A program made the translations under genes and the position numbers. Below, piece after piece: positions 35,545 to 45,750 of a stretch of DNA of 64,000 nt (its first letter is position 1; every line of letters begins with the position of its first letter). The notes beneath the pieces were generated by a model that was given only the letters and a program-made list of their open reading frames with translations, searched no databases and was not told the origin of the DNA. The stretch lies in IMG/VR virus record IMGVR_UViG_3300042261_002390, positions 1-64,000 of that record. One strand, 5' to 3'.

Positions 35545-35851
35545 TTTGTTTCAATTCCTGTACTTCGTTAGGATATAGAGTAAATTCCTTTCGAGGTGGA
35601 TATGATTTATTGTTGTTTATTTTTTTGTGGAAAAATACGCCTTGTGAATCAGAATTCTCAAATTCATCATACAATTCTTGAGATACATTTCCATAAGAAT
35701 ATGTATGCCCTCTGCTAAAAGCAATGTACAATCTTTGAATAGCCGGAAAATATGTTGTTTTTAATACATTACCTGATTCGAAAACAGATTCAATATATCC
35801 AATATTACCGTCATCTTCAATATGTTCTTTACGTTCTACTAACATTATCAA
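35504..35851 (-). CDS. KTSC-domain protein
   Basis: SGNVLKTTY...LYIAF..G..Y.Y.NV...LYDEF..SDSQGVFF. Confidence 0.8.
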   Translation of the reverse strand: MIMLVERKEHIEDDGNIGYIESVFESGNVLKTTYFPAIQRLYIAFSRGHTYSYGNVSQELYDEFENSDSQGVFFHKKINNNKSYPPRKEFTLYPNEVQELKQIVEENKKDIDDDE

Positions 35852-35863
35852 TAATTTTCATCG

Positions 35864-35894
35864 CAAATATAATCGATTAATAATTAAAATCAAA
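35864..35894 (-). promoter_or_regulatory. Bacteroidota-type promoter (TTTG-N19-TATATTTG)
   Basis: Plus-strand CAAATATA 35864-71 and CAAA 35891-94; full consensus match upstream of the KTSC-dut-thyA operon. Confidence 0.7.
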
Positions 35895-35919
35895 GAGTAT
35901 TTATATAAAAAATTAAAAT

Positions 35920-36684
35920 ATGTCATTACCAAAAAAAGTTAAATATACATTAGACACAAATCCACCTGCAGTAGGTACTGAATATCTTCACTATGGCATT
36001 GAAAGAATTGAAGAATTAATGCGTCAAACTGATGTAAAAACAAAATACTTGCCAAGAACAATCTTACTTGAGGATTTAGACCAAGGCGTGTTTGACTATG
36101 TAAATCAAGACGGTATGAAAGCGGTTCTCGATGGAAGAAACGTGCCTACTTTTTATCTTGATAATGACCGTTGGGGTGAATTTTCTAAGACATGGAAGTT
36201 TATGGATAATGATAAAAACGTTCCAACACCATATATAACAGTAAGACGTATTGACAAACAACCCGGGACTAGATTAGGAACTAAATTCCGTATTCCACAA
36301 CCACGAAAATTCAGATATTTAAATGTTCCAATACTTGATAATAGTGAGATTATTTATTTGCAATTTAGAATGCCAGAACCAACAAATGTCGATTTAACTT
36401 TTGAAGTGGCGTTGTTTACAAAATACAGGGTTGACGTAAACCAATACGACGAACAAGTATTAAAAAACTTTGCATCTCGTCAAGAATATGTATTTATTGA
36501 TGGTAACCCAATGCCACTACTTTTTGAAGGATTTGCTGAATCAAACCCAATCGAAAACATTGATGGTGATAGATTTTTCGTATCTAAGTATGCATTAAAA
36601 ATACTTGGATTTATTCAGGATGAAAAAGAATTTGAAATAGTTAAAACAACACGCAAACCTAAAATTGGTTATACTATAGTGTAA
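35920..36684 (+). CDS. Tail terminator/sheath stabiliser (T4 gp15-like)
   Basis: VPTPYITVRR, PEPTNVDLTFEVALFT...VNQYDEQV; late motif upstream. Confidence 0.6.
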   Translation: MSLPKKVKYTLDTNPPAVGTEYLHYGIERIEELMRQTDVKTKYLPRTILLEDLDQGVFDYVNQDGMKAVLDGRNVPTFYLDNDRWGEFSKTWKFMDNDKNVPTPYITVRRIDKQPGTRLGTKFRIPQPRKFRYLNVPILDNSEIIYLQFRMPEPTNVDLTFEVALFTKYRVDVNQYDEQVLKNFASRQEYVFIDGNPMPLLFEGFAESNPIENIDGDRFFVSKYALKILGFIQDEKEFEIVKTTRKPKIGYTIV

Positions 36685-36687
36685 TAT

Positions 36688-37467
36688 TTATTTTTGTGTA
36701 CTATAGGTATTAGTTTTATAATTATAACTATTACCTGATGGATATACTTGCGTAGTGCTATCAAATTTAGAGAAAGTATTATCAATTCTTTCTGAATATT
36801 TTGATGTTGTTGAGATATCAATGCCTTCAGCGAAGAAATCAATAAGATTTAATATCTTCCATGTTTTATTTTTGTGATTTAATTCAGATTTAAAATACAT
36901 TTTTTCAGGTGTACTTAATTCTGCATTATTTTTATTATAAAACAATGTTATTTTACCTGTTTTAGCATTATAAAAGCTAAATTTTACATATCCAATACTA
37001 GTTTCACCAGTTTGAGTACTAATATAAGATTCAGGAACATACCAATAAAATATTTGACTTGTATTTGATGAAACTGGATAGTAAGGTATGTTGGTTAATT
37101 TTGTAATATACGTCGTAAATATTTTAGTTTGAGTATATGGATTATAATCATTGTAATAATCTAATATAAAAAAACTATTTGCAAATGATTTAGAATTTCC
37201 CAATATTTCATCTAAAGTAAATCCTGCCTGAGTGAAAAATGCCTGACCATTAAAACTAAACTTAAATATTACAATTTCAGCAGATATGTCAAATTTATAT
37301 TTTCGTTTTTCAACATCAACAACAGGATTAATTAGTTCATTACCTGTTAACTCAGTAAGATTGTCTATTTCCTGCTGATAACCAATAAAATCATCATTAT
37401 TGCCGATTGTAAATTTAACCGACATATTACTACCGATATATTTTATTTTTTCACGTATTATTGACAT
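36688..37467 (-). CDS. Hypothetical virion (baseplate/fibre-associated) protein
   Basis: 259 aa, aromatic-rich; in a late minus-strand operon. Confidence 0.45.
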   Translation of the reverse strand: MSIIREKIKYIGSNMSVKFTIGNNDDFIGYQQEIDNLTELTGNELINPVVDVEKRKYKFDISAEIVIFKFSFNGQAFFTQAGFTLDEILGNSKSFANSFFILDYYNDYNPYTQTKIFTTYITKLTNIPYYPVSSNTSQIFYWYVPESYISTQTGETSIGYVKFSFYNAKTGKITLFYNKNNAELSTPEKMYFKSELNHKNKTWKILNLIDFFAEGIDISTTSKYSERIDNTFSKFDSTTQVYPSGNSYNYKTNTYSTQK

Positions 37468-38615
37468 GGTTTTCCTATGTTATTGATATTAGTAATTGGT
37501 TTAAAATATTGAGAGTCTGTATTATTTTCAAACCAAACCTCACTAAATGCATTTTTGGTTATCAAATCATCCAAATCAGGACTTATATCAAATATCATTG
37601 CTGAAAATGCATATCTCTTTTTGTTTACAAATGGATTGTTAGTTCCAATTCCGGTTAATGGGTCGGTATAGCCTTCTGGCATAATATTTCTCCAAATAAA
37701 ATTACCTGTATTGACCGGATATTCTGTTGCATATGGTGGTATAGATTGTACTAAATCATAAGATGTACTACCAGTATTTGCTTTATATAAGTCACTTGTT
37801 AAATATCTTAATCTTATTGGCATAAATGGATTATATTTCCAAACTAATCTTGTTGAGCTATATGGCGTATAAATGTAAAAATATTGTGAATATTTTTGTG
37901 TTTGAGTAAATCCAGATTTATTATATGTAATAACATCACAAATTTTCTCATCATTTAATGTTTTTACAATATCATCGACATTCATTGTTTTTGTTAATAT
38001 CTCAGATTTTGTTGATGCCCCACCATTTGACCAAAACATACCAAATAATGATTCTTCCGGGGACAATACTTTCTTATATTGAGCATATAAATATAATTCA
38101 GTTACCGGAAATTTAAATTCATCATAATAATTCGATACATCTATATCTACATTGAAATTAAATGAATATATTTGTTCTCCAAATAAATTATTTGAAAACC
38201 CAACTGGAAATAATTCAAAATCATTTGGTGTTGCAATTACTTTAAAACATCTGCTATAACTATTTCCGCTAATATTAGTATAGCCTGTTGATGGTCTAAC
38301 TAAATAAAAATCAAATGAATTCAATAAGTTTTTACTATTTCCGCTATATTGAGGTGAAAAGAAATCTTCAAAATCATAATAGTCATTTTTTAGACCATTA
38401 AGTAATGACATATATTCAATTCTGCCATAAATTCGATATATTTGATTTTCGGCTCTTTCAGCATAAAAAACTTCAGTAGCACTAAGAAAATTATTAATAT
38501 CGTATTCGATAATTTCCTTAGTTTTATTCATTAGTTCAACCTTACCTGACATGTCAGTATTAATTGACACTATATTTTGTTTACTACCTAATAATATTTC
38601 AAATTTATTATCCAT
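37458..38615 (-). CDS. Hypothetical virion protein
   Basis: 385 aa; late motif at ~38619-38627 on the minus strand. Confidence 0.45.
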   Translation of the reverse strand: MDNKFEILLGSKQNIVSINTDMSGKVELMNKTKEIIEYDINNFLSATEVFYAERAENQIYRIYGRIEYMSLLNGLKNDYYDFEDFFSPQYSGNSKNLLNSFDFYLVRPSTGYTNISGNSYSRCFKVIATPNDFELFPVGFSNNLFGEQIYSFNFNVDIDVSNYYDEFKFPVTELYLYAQYKKVLSPEESLFGMFWSNGGASTKSEILTKTMNVDDIVKTLNDEKICDVITYNKSGFTQTQKYSQYFYIYTPYSSTRLVWKYNPFMPIRLRYLTSDLYKANTGSTSYDLVQSIPPYATEYPVNTGNFIWRNIMPEGYTDPLTGIGTNNPFVNKKRYAFSAMIFDISPDLDDLITKNAFSEVWFENNTDSQYFKPITNINNIGKPCQ

Positions 38616-38639
38616 ATCTTATAAATACCAATAATTTTA

Positions 38640-40772
38640 TTAGTTAATTAATCCCAATTCATATAAATATTCAATGCAGTCAATACTACCTAAACCCTTA
38701 TAAAAATATGTGTTTGTGTCTGGTATGTTTGAAGTAGGTATGCCATATAATTTACCGCCATTAAAAGGACATGGAGCACTCCATTTTGTTGGGTCTGGAT
38801 TATATACACCATTGCGATAGTTACCAGTTAAACCTCCACTCGATATAAAACCTTTATCTGGTATGGTTTTCATATATTTAATGTCAGGTAACGGTACTTC
38901 TATAATATCAGTCCAATGTAAATCTGAACGAGCAAACCATTTAGTATTATAATCCCCACCAGCAATTATCTGTGTATTATCCTCAAGGAAAAAATCATTA
39001 TAATATGCACCACTAGCATAAACTTGATATGTGAAATTATCAGCAATTCTAATGTCTTTAACAAATCCGAACCCACTCTTCAAATAACCAGATTGTGGTA
39101 GATATATACTTAAGTTCATCCAATTTGCTCCAAAAGAATTAATGTTGGTGTCATTAACACCATTTGATGGATATTTATAGATTGAATTTTGAATAACGAT
39201 GTCACCACCATCATAAATGTCGCCAGTGACAATAATTCCAACATTTCTATGGGGACTATAAGTAACATTGTTTAATTTGCTATTACCCAAAAACGTATCA
39301 GATTTATTATTCTGAGAATTATCACCAATCATACTATTATATGTTAAACCGTGAAATTTTGATAAACTATAAAATTTATTAAATTCAAACTTATATGATT
39401 GAGTTCTCCAAGCATTGGTGTTTGCCGAATCGTCTTCAACATCAAAACTTTTAGTCTCATCAGCGTGTTGTGGAAATTTAAATTTATATCTCATTGGTAC
39501 AACAACTGTATCAGCACCGATAGCACTGGTTATTGTAATGGGTGCATCATTGGTTGTTATTTCAAGTGTAATAAAGCCTCTAAATTCAGTAAATACACCT
39601 TCCGTTGAATTATACGATATTTCGACTGGTTGACCGTATTCATTAGTGACAATTCTTTTTCTATTGCATGAAATAACATATACAAAATTACCGTCTTTTT
39701 GATATATTGAATAATAAGACGGGTCTAATAAAATCATATCACTACCGTCAGGTTCAACATTTCCATTATCAATATCACCATCACTAATATTCGGTGGATA
39801 ATAATATATTTTTTCTGAAACTTTTCCTGTTCTTTTTGATGTAATACCTACATTAGTATTTCTTTCAGTAACATTATTTCCTACGACTAGAAAAAGTTCG
39901 GATATTTGTCTTGAGCTATTTGCATCATCACCCCATAATGTTTGACTACTATCTGTAAAAATGTTTCCGAATATTACAAATGTGTTGTTTAATACCGACC
40001 TAATTCTAAAATCTTGTCGAGTAATACCAATTTCAAAATTTTCAGTATCTCCCCAGAATGGAATAATATCTACACTAATTTCCTGAGTTTCAATATTTGG
40101 TAAGTCAGTTAAATCGCTACTTGGCTTAATTCTACTATTATTATTGGTAAATAAATTAGGTGAATAACCGAGATTACTTACCATTGATGCTGGATTCATA
40201 CTATATTTTCCTATATCTGTAATGTCAACACTCATATGTACTGTTTGAGTTCCGGTAGGAACACCAAATATCATATAATCGCCAGCTTCATTCGTTAATG
40301 CGGTATATTTATAATATTTTTTATATACATTTAAAATATTAGTGTTTGTAACAATTTCTTCTTTTATTGGAAATGAACCAAATGGCTGTTTAGGCATCCA
40401 TTGACCGACTTCTTGATTATATGTTGAAACACGTGGTAATAGATTATATCTTTTACCTTCATTATTTTTATCTCTAGGTGTAGTATACGGATAAATGCTT
40501 ACAATTTCACTATCTACCGAATCTTCATCGGTAAGAGGAATAAATATACTAATTTTCGCATTAGGCACACCAACACCATCATTAGCGATTATTCTCCCAA
40601 CTAAAACACCATAATCAGAATTGAAGTTTTGATAAACGTCTTCAGCATCGATACTCATACTTAAAAATTCAATAGTATTAATATTTTGTTCGAGTTTTAC
40701 TTTAATGTGAGCATCGTTTCCGACATTGCTAGTATTTCCACTACCAAGATAAATGCGTTGCGATAAATTCAT
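38640..40772 (-). CDS. Hypothetical virion protein with carboxypeptidase-regulatory-like (Ig-type) N-domain
   Basis: GVLVGRII...GVPNAKISI...TNEAGDYMIFGVPTGTQTV pattern; late motif upstream. Confidence 0.5.
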   Translation of the reverse strand: MNLSQRIYLGSGNTSNVGNDAHIKVKLEQNINTIEFLSMSIDAEDVYQNFNSDYGVLVGRIIANDGVGVPNAKISIFIPLTDEDSVDSEIVSIYPYTTPRDKNNEGKRYNLLPRVSTYNQEVGQWMPKQPFGSFPIKEEIVTNTNILNVYKKYYKYTALTNEAGDYMIFGVPTGTQTVHMSVDITDIGKYSMNPASMVSNLGYSPNLFTNNNSRIKPSSDLTDLPNIETQEISVDIIPFWGDTENFEIGITRQDFRIRSVLNNTFVIFGNIFTDSSQTLWGDDANSSRQISELFLVVGNNVTERNTNVGITSKRTGKVSEKIYYYPPNISDGDIDNGNVEPDGSDMILLDPSYYSIYQKDGNFVYVISCNRKRIVTNEYGQPVEISYNSTEGVFTEFRGFITLEITTNDAPITITSAIGADTVVVPMRYKFKFPQHADETKSFDVEDDSANTNAWRTQSYKFEFNKFYSLSKFHGLTYNSMIGDNSQNNKSDTFLGNSKLNNVTYSPHRNVGIIVTGDIYDGGDIVIQNSIYKYPSNGVNDTNINSFGANWMNLSIYLPQSGYLKSGFGFVKDIRIADNFTYQVYASGAYYNDFFLEDNTQIIAGGDYNTKWFARSDLHWTDIIEVPLPDIKYMKTIPDKGFISSGGLTGNYRNGVYNPDPTKWSAPCPFNGGKLYGIPTSNIPDTNTYFYKGLGSIDCIEYLYELGLIN

Positions 40773-41075
40773 ATAGAAAATATTTTTCTATAAATACTAA
40801 ATTCATAAAAACCATATTAATATGAAAAAAAATAAAAATTTTGCAAATATTTTTTTTGAGAAATTTAACATGATTTTCAACAAAAAAATTAAAAAATCGA
40901 AAAATATGACTTCGAAAAACAAAAAAAGTGAAAAATTATGATTTTATGGTATATATGAGGCAATTACAATATTATTATGAAAGCTCCTTTTGCATTATTT
41001 TTTAGTATTTATTGATAACAGCAAAATATTGCTTAGAGATTTAAAATAACAAGAAAATTTAAATAATTAATAAAC

Positions 41076-43886
41076 ATGGCAGAATTTGTATTTACCTCAC
41101 CGGGGTTAAAATTTAAAGAACGTGATTTAACATTCGTTACACGTAATGTCGGTATTACTACATTAGGTCTTGTTGGTGAAACGTTAAAAGGACCTGCCTT
41201 TGAACCAGTTTTCATTCAAGACAAAACACAGTTTGCTGATAGATTTGGTGGTCAGAGTGCTAACAGATTTCCAGAAGGAAATCTTCAATATCAATTACCA
41301 TATGTAGCTAATACATATTTAGAAGAATCTAATCAGCTTTGGGTTACTAGAGTATTAGGTTTAAGTGGATATAATGCAGGTAAGGCATGGGCAGTTACCT
41401 TAAACGCAGGTGTTGACCCATCAACAATTGCAATTGATACTGTATTAGCACCATACAGTGCATCATTTACTGAAAATGCATATTTGGGTGTAACATTAAA
41501 TGCATCAGGCGATACTGGTGTAAGCTTTTCAGGCTTTGAAAAAATTAATGATACTGATTTTACTGGTACTTCATATTCATTTATTGTAACATCATATACT
41601 GCTAGTACTGGAAGTGGTGTTGTATCGGTAACAGCTACAACGTTTACTGGTACTGAATATACTGATTACAAAAATATGGTACTTGCAGTTATTAGAAGTA
41701 GAGGCATTGTAATTGATAATGTTAACCTACCTGCTACAACTACATGGCAAACAAGTACATTAGGATTAAGTGCAAACACAACCAATTTAGGTACTGGCGA
41801 TTTATTTGGTACATTTAAATTGACAGCAACCAGTGGTACTAGTGAAACATATGTAGTTTCATTAAATCCTGATGCAAGTAGCTTTATACCAAACGTAATT
41901 GGTTTTGAGCCAAAAGATAAAAACACTAAAATTTGGGTTGAAGCAGTATATCCAGATTTAATTAAAAAGATTGATAGTTTTGGTGATAGTATTTTATCAT
42001 ATCCAGCAACATCAGGATTTACATCGTACGGTATTCCAACAACACTACCATATGCGTATGGAATAAATGACAATTTACTTGTTTGTGGTACTACTTCAGG
42101 CAGTGATAATTTCAGCAATTATAAGACTCAATATAAAACTCCTGAAACTCCTTGGGTTGTTTCACAAGTTAAAGGTAATGCTGTTAGTAGATTGTTTAAA
42201 TTCATCAGTATTTCAGATGGTGATGCAGCAAATGAAGAAATTAAGATTAGTATTGCAAATATTAATCCGGCAACGCTTGAATTTGATATTCAGATTCGTA
42301 GTTTTTATGATACTGATGATAATATTAATTTATTAGAATCATTTACCAAGTGTACTTTAATTAAAGGTCAAAATAGTTTCATCGGTCAGCGTATCGGTAC
42401 ATCGGATGGTGAATATGACCTTTTAAGTAAATATGTAATGGTTGAATTAGCTTCTGATTTGACCGTTGGCGATTTTCCTGCAGGTTTCGAAGGATTCTTG
42501 TTTACAAATTTTGCACAATCAGCAACAACTGGTTCATATGAAGCAATTGCACCTAAAATTTTCTACAAAACATATTATGACTATAATGCTGGTGATAAAG
42601 TTAAGAAAGTATATTTAGGTGTTTCTGAAAACGCATATGATACTGATAATGTTGTTGGTACTGGTATTAACCAAAATTTCTTTAATTTTAATGGTCTAGA
42701 CGGTACTCATGTAAACTCTGAAGGTTTCCATATGGATAAATATGCATCTGGTGTTACATCAAATGGATTTAGTTTTCAATGTGGTATTGATAAATTCCAG
42801 ACATACGCTGATGTAAGCAGTCCGACTTCTGAATATTATTTATTAGCATCAAGAAAATTCACATTAGTACCTTTTGGTGGTTTTGATGGATGGAATGTAA
42901 ATAGAAATAATCGTTCATATGACGACGGATTCCAGCAAAACGGAATCTTTGATGGCGTTGCAATTAATGTAATACCTAATAATGATTTCCAAGCATGGCA
43001 AACAGCCATTAATACATTTGCAAATCCAGAAAAAGTAACAATCAATTTATTTGCAACTCCGGGTATTGATTGGAGTTCTCAAAATATTTTAGTTCAAGAT
43101 ACTATTGAGATGATTGAAACACAAAGAGCAGATACATTATATGTTATTGATTCACCCGATGTTAACATTCCAGTAACTGTTGGTGAAAATAAAGCAGACG
43201 TAGTTGCATCTGAAGATATTGTAGATTTGCTCGATACTGCAGACATTGATTCTAGTTATTCATGTACTTATTTTCCTTGGATTCAAGTGAGAGATACTCA
43301 GAATAATATCAATGTATATATTCCACCAACAGGTGAAGTTGTGAGAGCAATGGCATTTACTGATAATACAGCATTTCCTTGGTTTGCTCCTGCAGGTTTG
43401 AATCGTGGTGTAACTAATGCAAGAAAGTCAAAATATAAAATATCTCAAGAAGCATCTGATATTTTATATGCAGGCAGAATTAATCCAATTAAAGATTTCG
43501 CTGAAACTGGAACTGCTATTTTTGGTCAAAAGACACTTCAAGTTAAAGACAGTGCACTTAACAGAATCAATGTTCGTAGATTATTGCTTCAAATTAAAGT
43601 CCTTATTTCAAATATTGCAATCAGACTTGTATTTGAACAGAACGACCAAACAACAATTGACCAGTTCTTAGCTAAAGCAACACCTGTGCTTGACACAATT
43701 AAACGTGAAAGAGGTTTGTACGACTTCAGAATTAAAATGGATGACAGTAACAATACTCCTGAAACACGTGATAGAAATGAATTATATGGTGAAATATTCT
43801 TAAAACCAACACGTGCTGTTGAATTTATTGGAATTACATTCACAATTACACCATCAGGTGCATCATTTGCTGATGTTGGTGCATAA
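41076..43886 (+). CDS. Tail sheath protein (T4 gp18-like)
   Basis: FTSPGLKFKERDL N-terminus, GETLKGPAFEP, PWFAPAGLNRG, GQKTL...LNRINVRRL, IKPT-like LKPTRAVEFIGITF. Confidence 0.95.
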   Translation: MAEFVFTSPGLKFKERDLTFVTRNVGITTLGLVGETLKGPAFEPVFIQDKTQFADRFGGQSANRFPEGNLQYQLPYVANTYLEESNQLWVTRVLGLSGYNAGKAWAVTLNAGVDPSTIAIDTVLAPYSASFTENAYLGVTLNASGDTGVSFSGFEKINDTDFTGTSYSFIVTSYTASTGSGVVSVTATTFTGTEYTDYKNMVLAVIRSRGIVIDNVNLPATTTWQTSTLGLSANTTNLGTGDLFGTFKLTATSGTSETYVVSLNPDASSFIPNVIGFEPKDKNTKIWVEAVYPDLIKKIDSFGDSILSYPATSGFTSYGIPTTLPYAYGINDNLLVCGTTSGSDNFSNYKTQYKTPETPWVVSQVKGNAVSRLFKFISISDGDAANEEIKISIANINPATLEFDIQIRSFYDTDDNINLLESFTKCTLIKGQNSFIGQRIGTSDGEYDLLSKYVMVELASDLTVGDFPAGFEGFLFTNFAQSATTGSYEAIAPKIFYKTYYDYNAGDKVKKVYLGVSENAYDTDNVVGTGINQNFFNFNGLDGTHVNSEGFHMDKYASGVTSNGFSFQCGIDKFQTYADVSSPTSEYYLLASRKFTLVPFGGFDGWNVNRNNRSYDDGFQQNGIFDGVAINVIPNNDFQAWQTAINTFANPEKVTINLFATPGIDWSSQNILVQDTIEMIETQRADTLYVIDSPDVNIPVTVGENKADVVASEDIVDLLDTADIDSSYSCTYFPWIQVRDTQNNINVYIPPTGEVVRAMAFTDNTAFPWFAPAGLNRGVTNARKSKYKISQEASDILYAGRINPIKDFAETGTAIFGQKTLQVKDSALNRINVRRLLLQIKVLISNIAIRLVFEQNDQTTIDQFLAKATPVLDTIKRERGLYDFRIKMDDSNNTPETRDRNELYGEIFLKPTRAVEFIGITFTITPSGASFADVGA

Positions 43887-43902
43887 TACACAAAATAATT
43901 AT

Positions 43903-43932
43903 GAAAACCCACATTATTGTGGGTTTTCTTTT
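43903..43932 (+). terminator. Intrinsic terminator
   Basis: GAAAACCCACA-TTAT-TGTGGGTTTTC-TTTT. Confidence 0.85.
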
Positions 43933-43979
43933 ATTACGTATTTATATAAAAAATTACAACAATTAAAAATAATTTTAAA

Positions 43980-44354
43980 ATGGTAAAGAAAAAAAATGAA
44001 AATATCGTTGTAGACGAAAATTTGGTTAATACAACCCCTATTTTAGACGATGAAGTGGTTTTAAATGAAGCTCAAGCAATAGATAAATTAAGCTCAAATA
44101 TCGAAGAAAATGAGCCAAAAACGGAAGATATTGAGTCAAATATTGATGAACAGACTGAAAAAGTTGTTGACGAGCAACCAGAATTGATTGAGCCTGCTAT
44201 TATTGAGGAAGAACAAGCTGAATTAGTAGTAGATGAAATTGTAGAACCTGTGGTGGAAGTATTAAAATCGGAAGTTAAACAACTTAACAATGTTAACGAA
44301 TTAAACTATTCACAACATAGACATTATTTAAGAACTGGTCGAATTCCGAAGTAA
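43980..44354 (+). CDS. Acidic hypothetical late protein
   Basis: 124 aa, Glu-rich, basic C-terminal tip; late motif upstream. Confidence 0.55.
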   Translation: MVKKKNENIVVDENLVNTTPILDDEVVLNEAQAIDKLSSNIEENEPKTEDIESNIDEQTEKVVDEQPELIEPAIIEEEQAELVVDEIVEPVVEVLKSEVKQLNNVNELNYSQHRHYLRTGRIPK

Positions 44355-44418
44355 TATTTTTAATACGACAGTATTTATTAAAAAAACATAAATAGTATAA
44401 ATTAAATAGTTAAATATT

Positions 44419-44910
44419 ATGGCAGGAGAAATGATTAGGGGTATCCCTTTTGAATATGAACCAAAAAGAGTAAATAGATTTTTTGCAGAATTTCCGGATG
44501 AATTAGGCATTGAGGTGTGGAAAGTGCAAAAATTCAAAAGACCTTCAATGAAAATTAATAAAGTCGAAATAGATTTTATGAATGAAAAAAATTATGTTGC
44601 TGGACGTTATACTTGGGATGAAATGACTATCGACTTTTTAGACCCGATAGGTCCTTCTTCATCACAGCAATTAATGGAATGGGTTCGTTTGCACGCAGAA
44701 TCGCTTACTGGTCGTATGGGTTATGCTGCCGGATATAAGAAAAATATCTTATTGAAGGAATTAGACCCAACAGGTGTTGAAGTATCAAAATTTTTCTTGG
44801 AGCAATGTCAGATTGTTTCAATTGATTTTGGAGACAACGATTATTCATCAGATGACTTATCAAAAATAACTTTAACAATACAACCTTGGCGTTGTATCTT
44901 AAACTTATAA
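44419..44910 (+). CDS. Tail tube protein (T4 gp19-like)
   Basis: EPKRVNRF, RPS...AGRYTWDEMTIDFLD, MGYAAGYKKNI, ITLTI; follows the sheath gene. Confidence 0.9.
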   Translation: MAGEMIRGIPFEYEPKRVNRFFAEFPDELGIEVWKVQKFKRPSMKINKVEIDFMNEKNYVAGRYTWDEMTIDFLDPIGPSSSQQLMEWVRLHAESLTGRMGYAAGYKKNILLKELDPTGVEVSKFFLEQCQIVSIDFGDNDYSSDDLSKITLTIQPWRCILNL

Positions 44911-44938
44911 AAAAAGCCACAGCGATGTGGCTTTTTTT
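44909..44938. terminator. Bidirectional intrinsic terminator
   Basis: AAAAAGCCACA-GCGA-TGTGGCTTTTTTT; one mismatch from the terminator at 10198. Confidence 0.85.
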
Positions 44939-45728
44939 ATGCAACTAAATCAAACTTTCGATTTTCAATAATTTTATTTACAAAATAACTCCGGTCTTTA
45001 GCCTCAATAATCTTATAATTATCATTATTGTGTGAAAACCATACTAAATATGATTTACCTAATTTTATTGGGATGTACTTTTCAATAATGTATTTATAAA
45101 TTCCTAATTGCAATGAGTATATTTCTAAATCGCAATCTTCTAAAACAAACAAATCATTCAATAAATGATTTTTCTTATTTTCAAAGCTAAATTCTTTATT
45201 TGTTTTCCAATCCCATATTTGAAATTCTTTCATTTTCACATTATAAAACAGAATATCTAGCATTCCACCAATAAGAGTTTCGGCATCATGCATGACCAAT
45301 TCAGTTCTAATTGGTATTAACTTTCCAAACGTATCATGATAAAAGTTATCGACATGTTTTTTAGTTATTTCATATTCCTTTAGAATGGGGTCAAATCCAA
45401 ACTCTTTATAAATTAATTCTTTTGGGTATTTAAAAATCTTATTTAAAAACAAATTTTCAGCATAATCATGAATAATTGACCCTTTTGTAGTACCCTTTAA
45501 ATTAATAAAATTCCATGCTCTAATGATTTCATATTGCTTCAATCCTAATTGATTGCTTTTATACTGAGACCAGTATTCTTCATCAAAATTTTCTTGATAT
45601 TTATGGATTAAAGTTGTAACTGAAATCAATTCCTTATTATCCACATAATATTTATGTGGTTCATCGAAATATACTATTTTATTAAAAACAGTAAATAATT
45701 CTGGTGGTATTTGTATTTCAATATTCAT
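44937..45728 (-). CDS. PD-(D/E)XK exonuclease
   Basis: SVTTLI, GSIIH, TE, GGMLD, DWKT, YSLQLGIY. Confidence 0.85.
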   Translation of the reverse strand: MNIEIQIPPELFTVFNKIVYFDEPHKYYVDNKELISVTTLIHKYQENFDEEYWSQYKSNQLGLKQYEIIRAWNFINLKGTTKGSIIHDYAENLFLNKIFKYPKELIYKEFGFDPILKEYEITKKHVDNFYHDTFGKLIPIRTELVMHDAETLIGGMLDILFYNVKMKEFQIWDWKTNKEFSFENKKNHLLNDLFVLEDCDLEIYSLQLGIYKYIIEKYIPIKLGKSYLVWFSHNNDNYKIIEAKDRSYFVNKIIENRKFDLVA

Positions 45729-45750
45729 TGCGACAAATATAGTAATAATT

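Noticed and set aside
40773-41075. Hidden feature in the 300-nt gap before the sheath gene
   Set aside because: A/T-run-rich divergent promoter region with late motifs on both strands; no structure or ORF supported
44937-45728. Cas4 call
   Set aside because: PD-(D/E)XK motifs are present but the four Fe-S cysteines and any CRISPR context are absent
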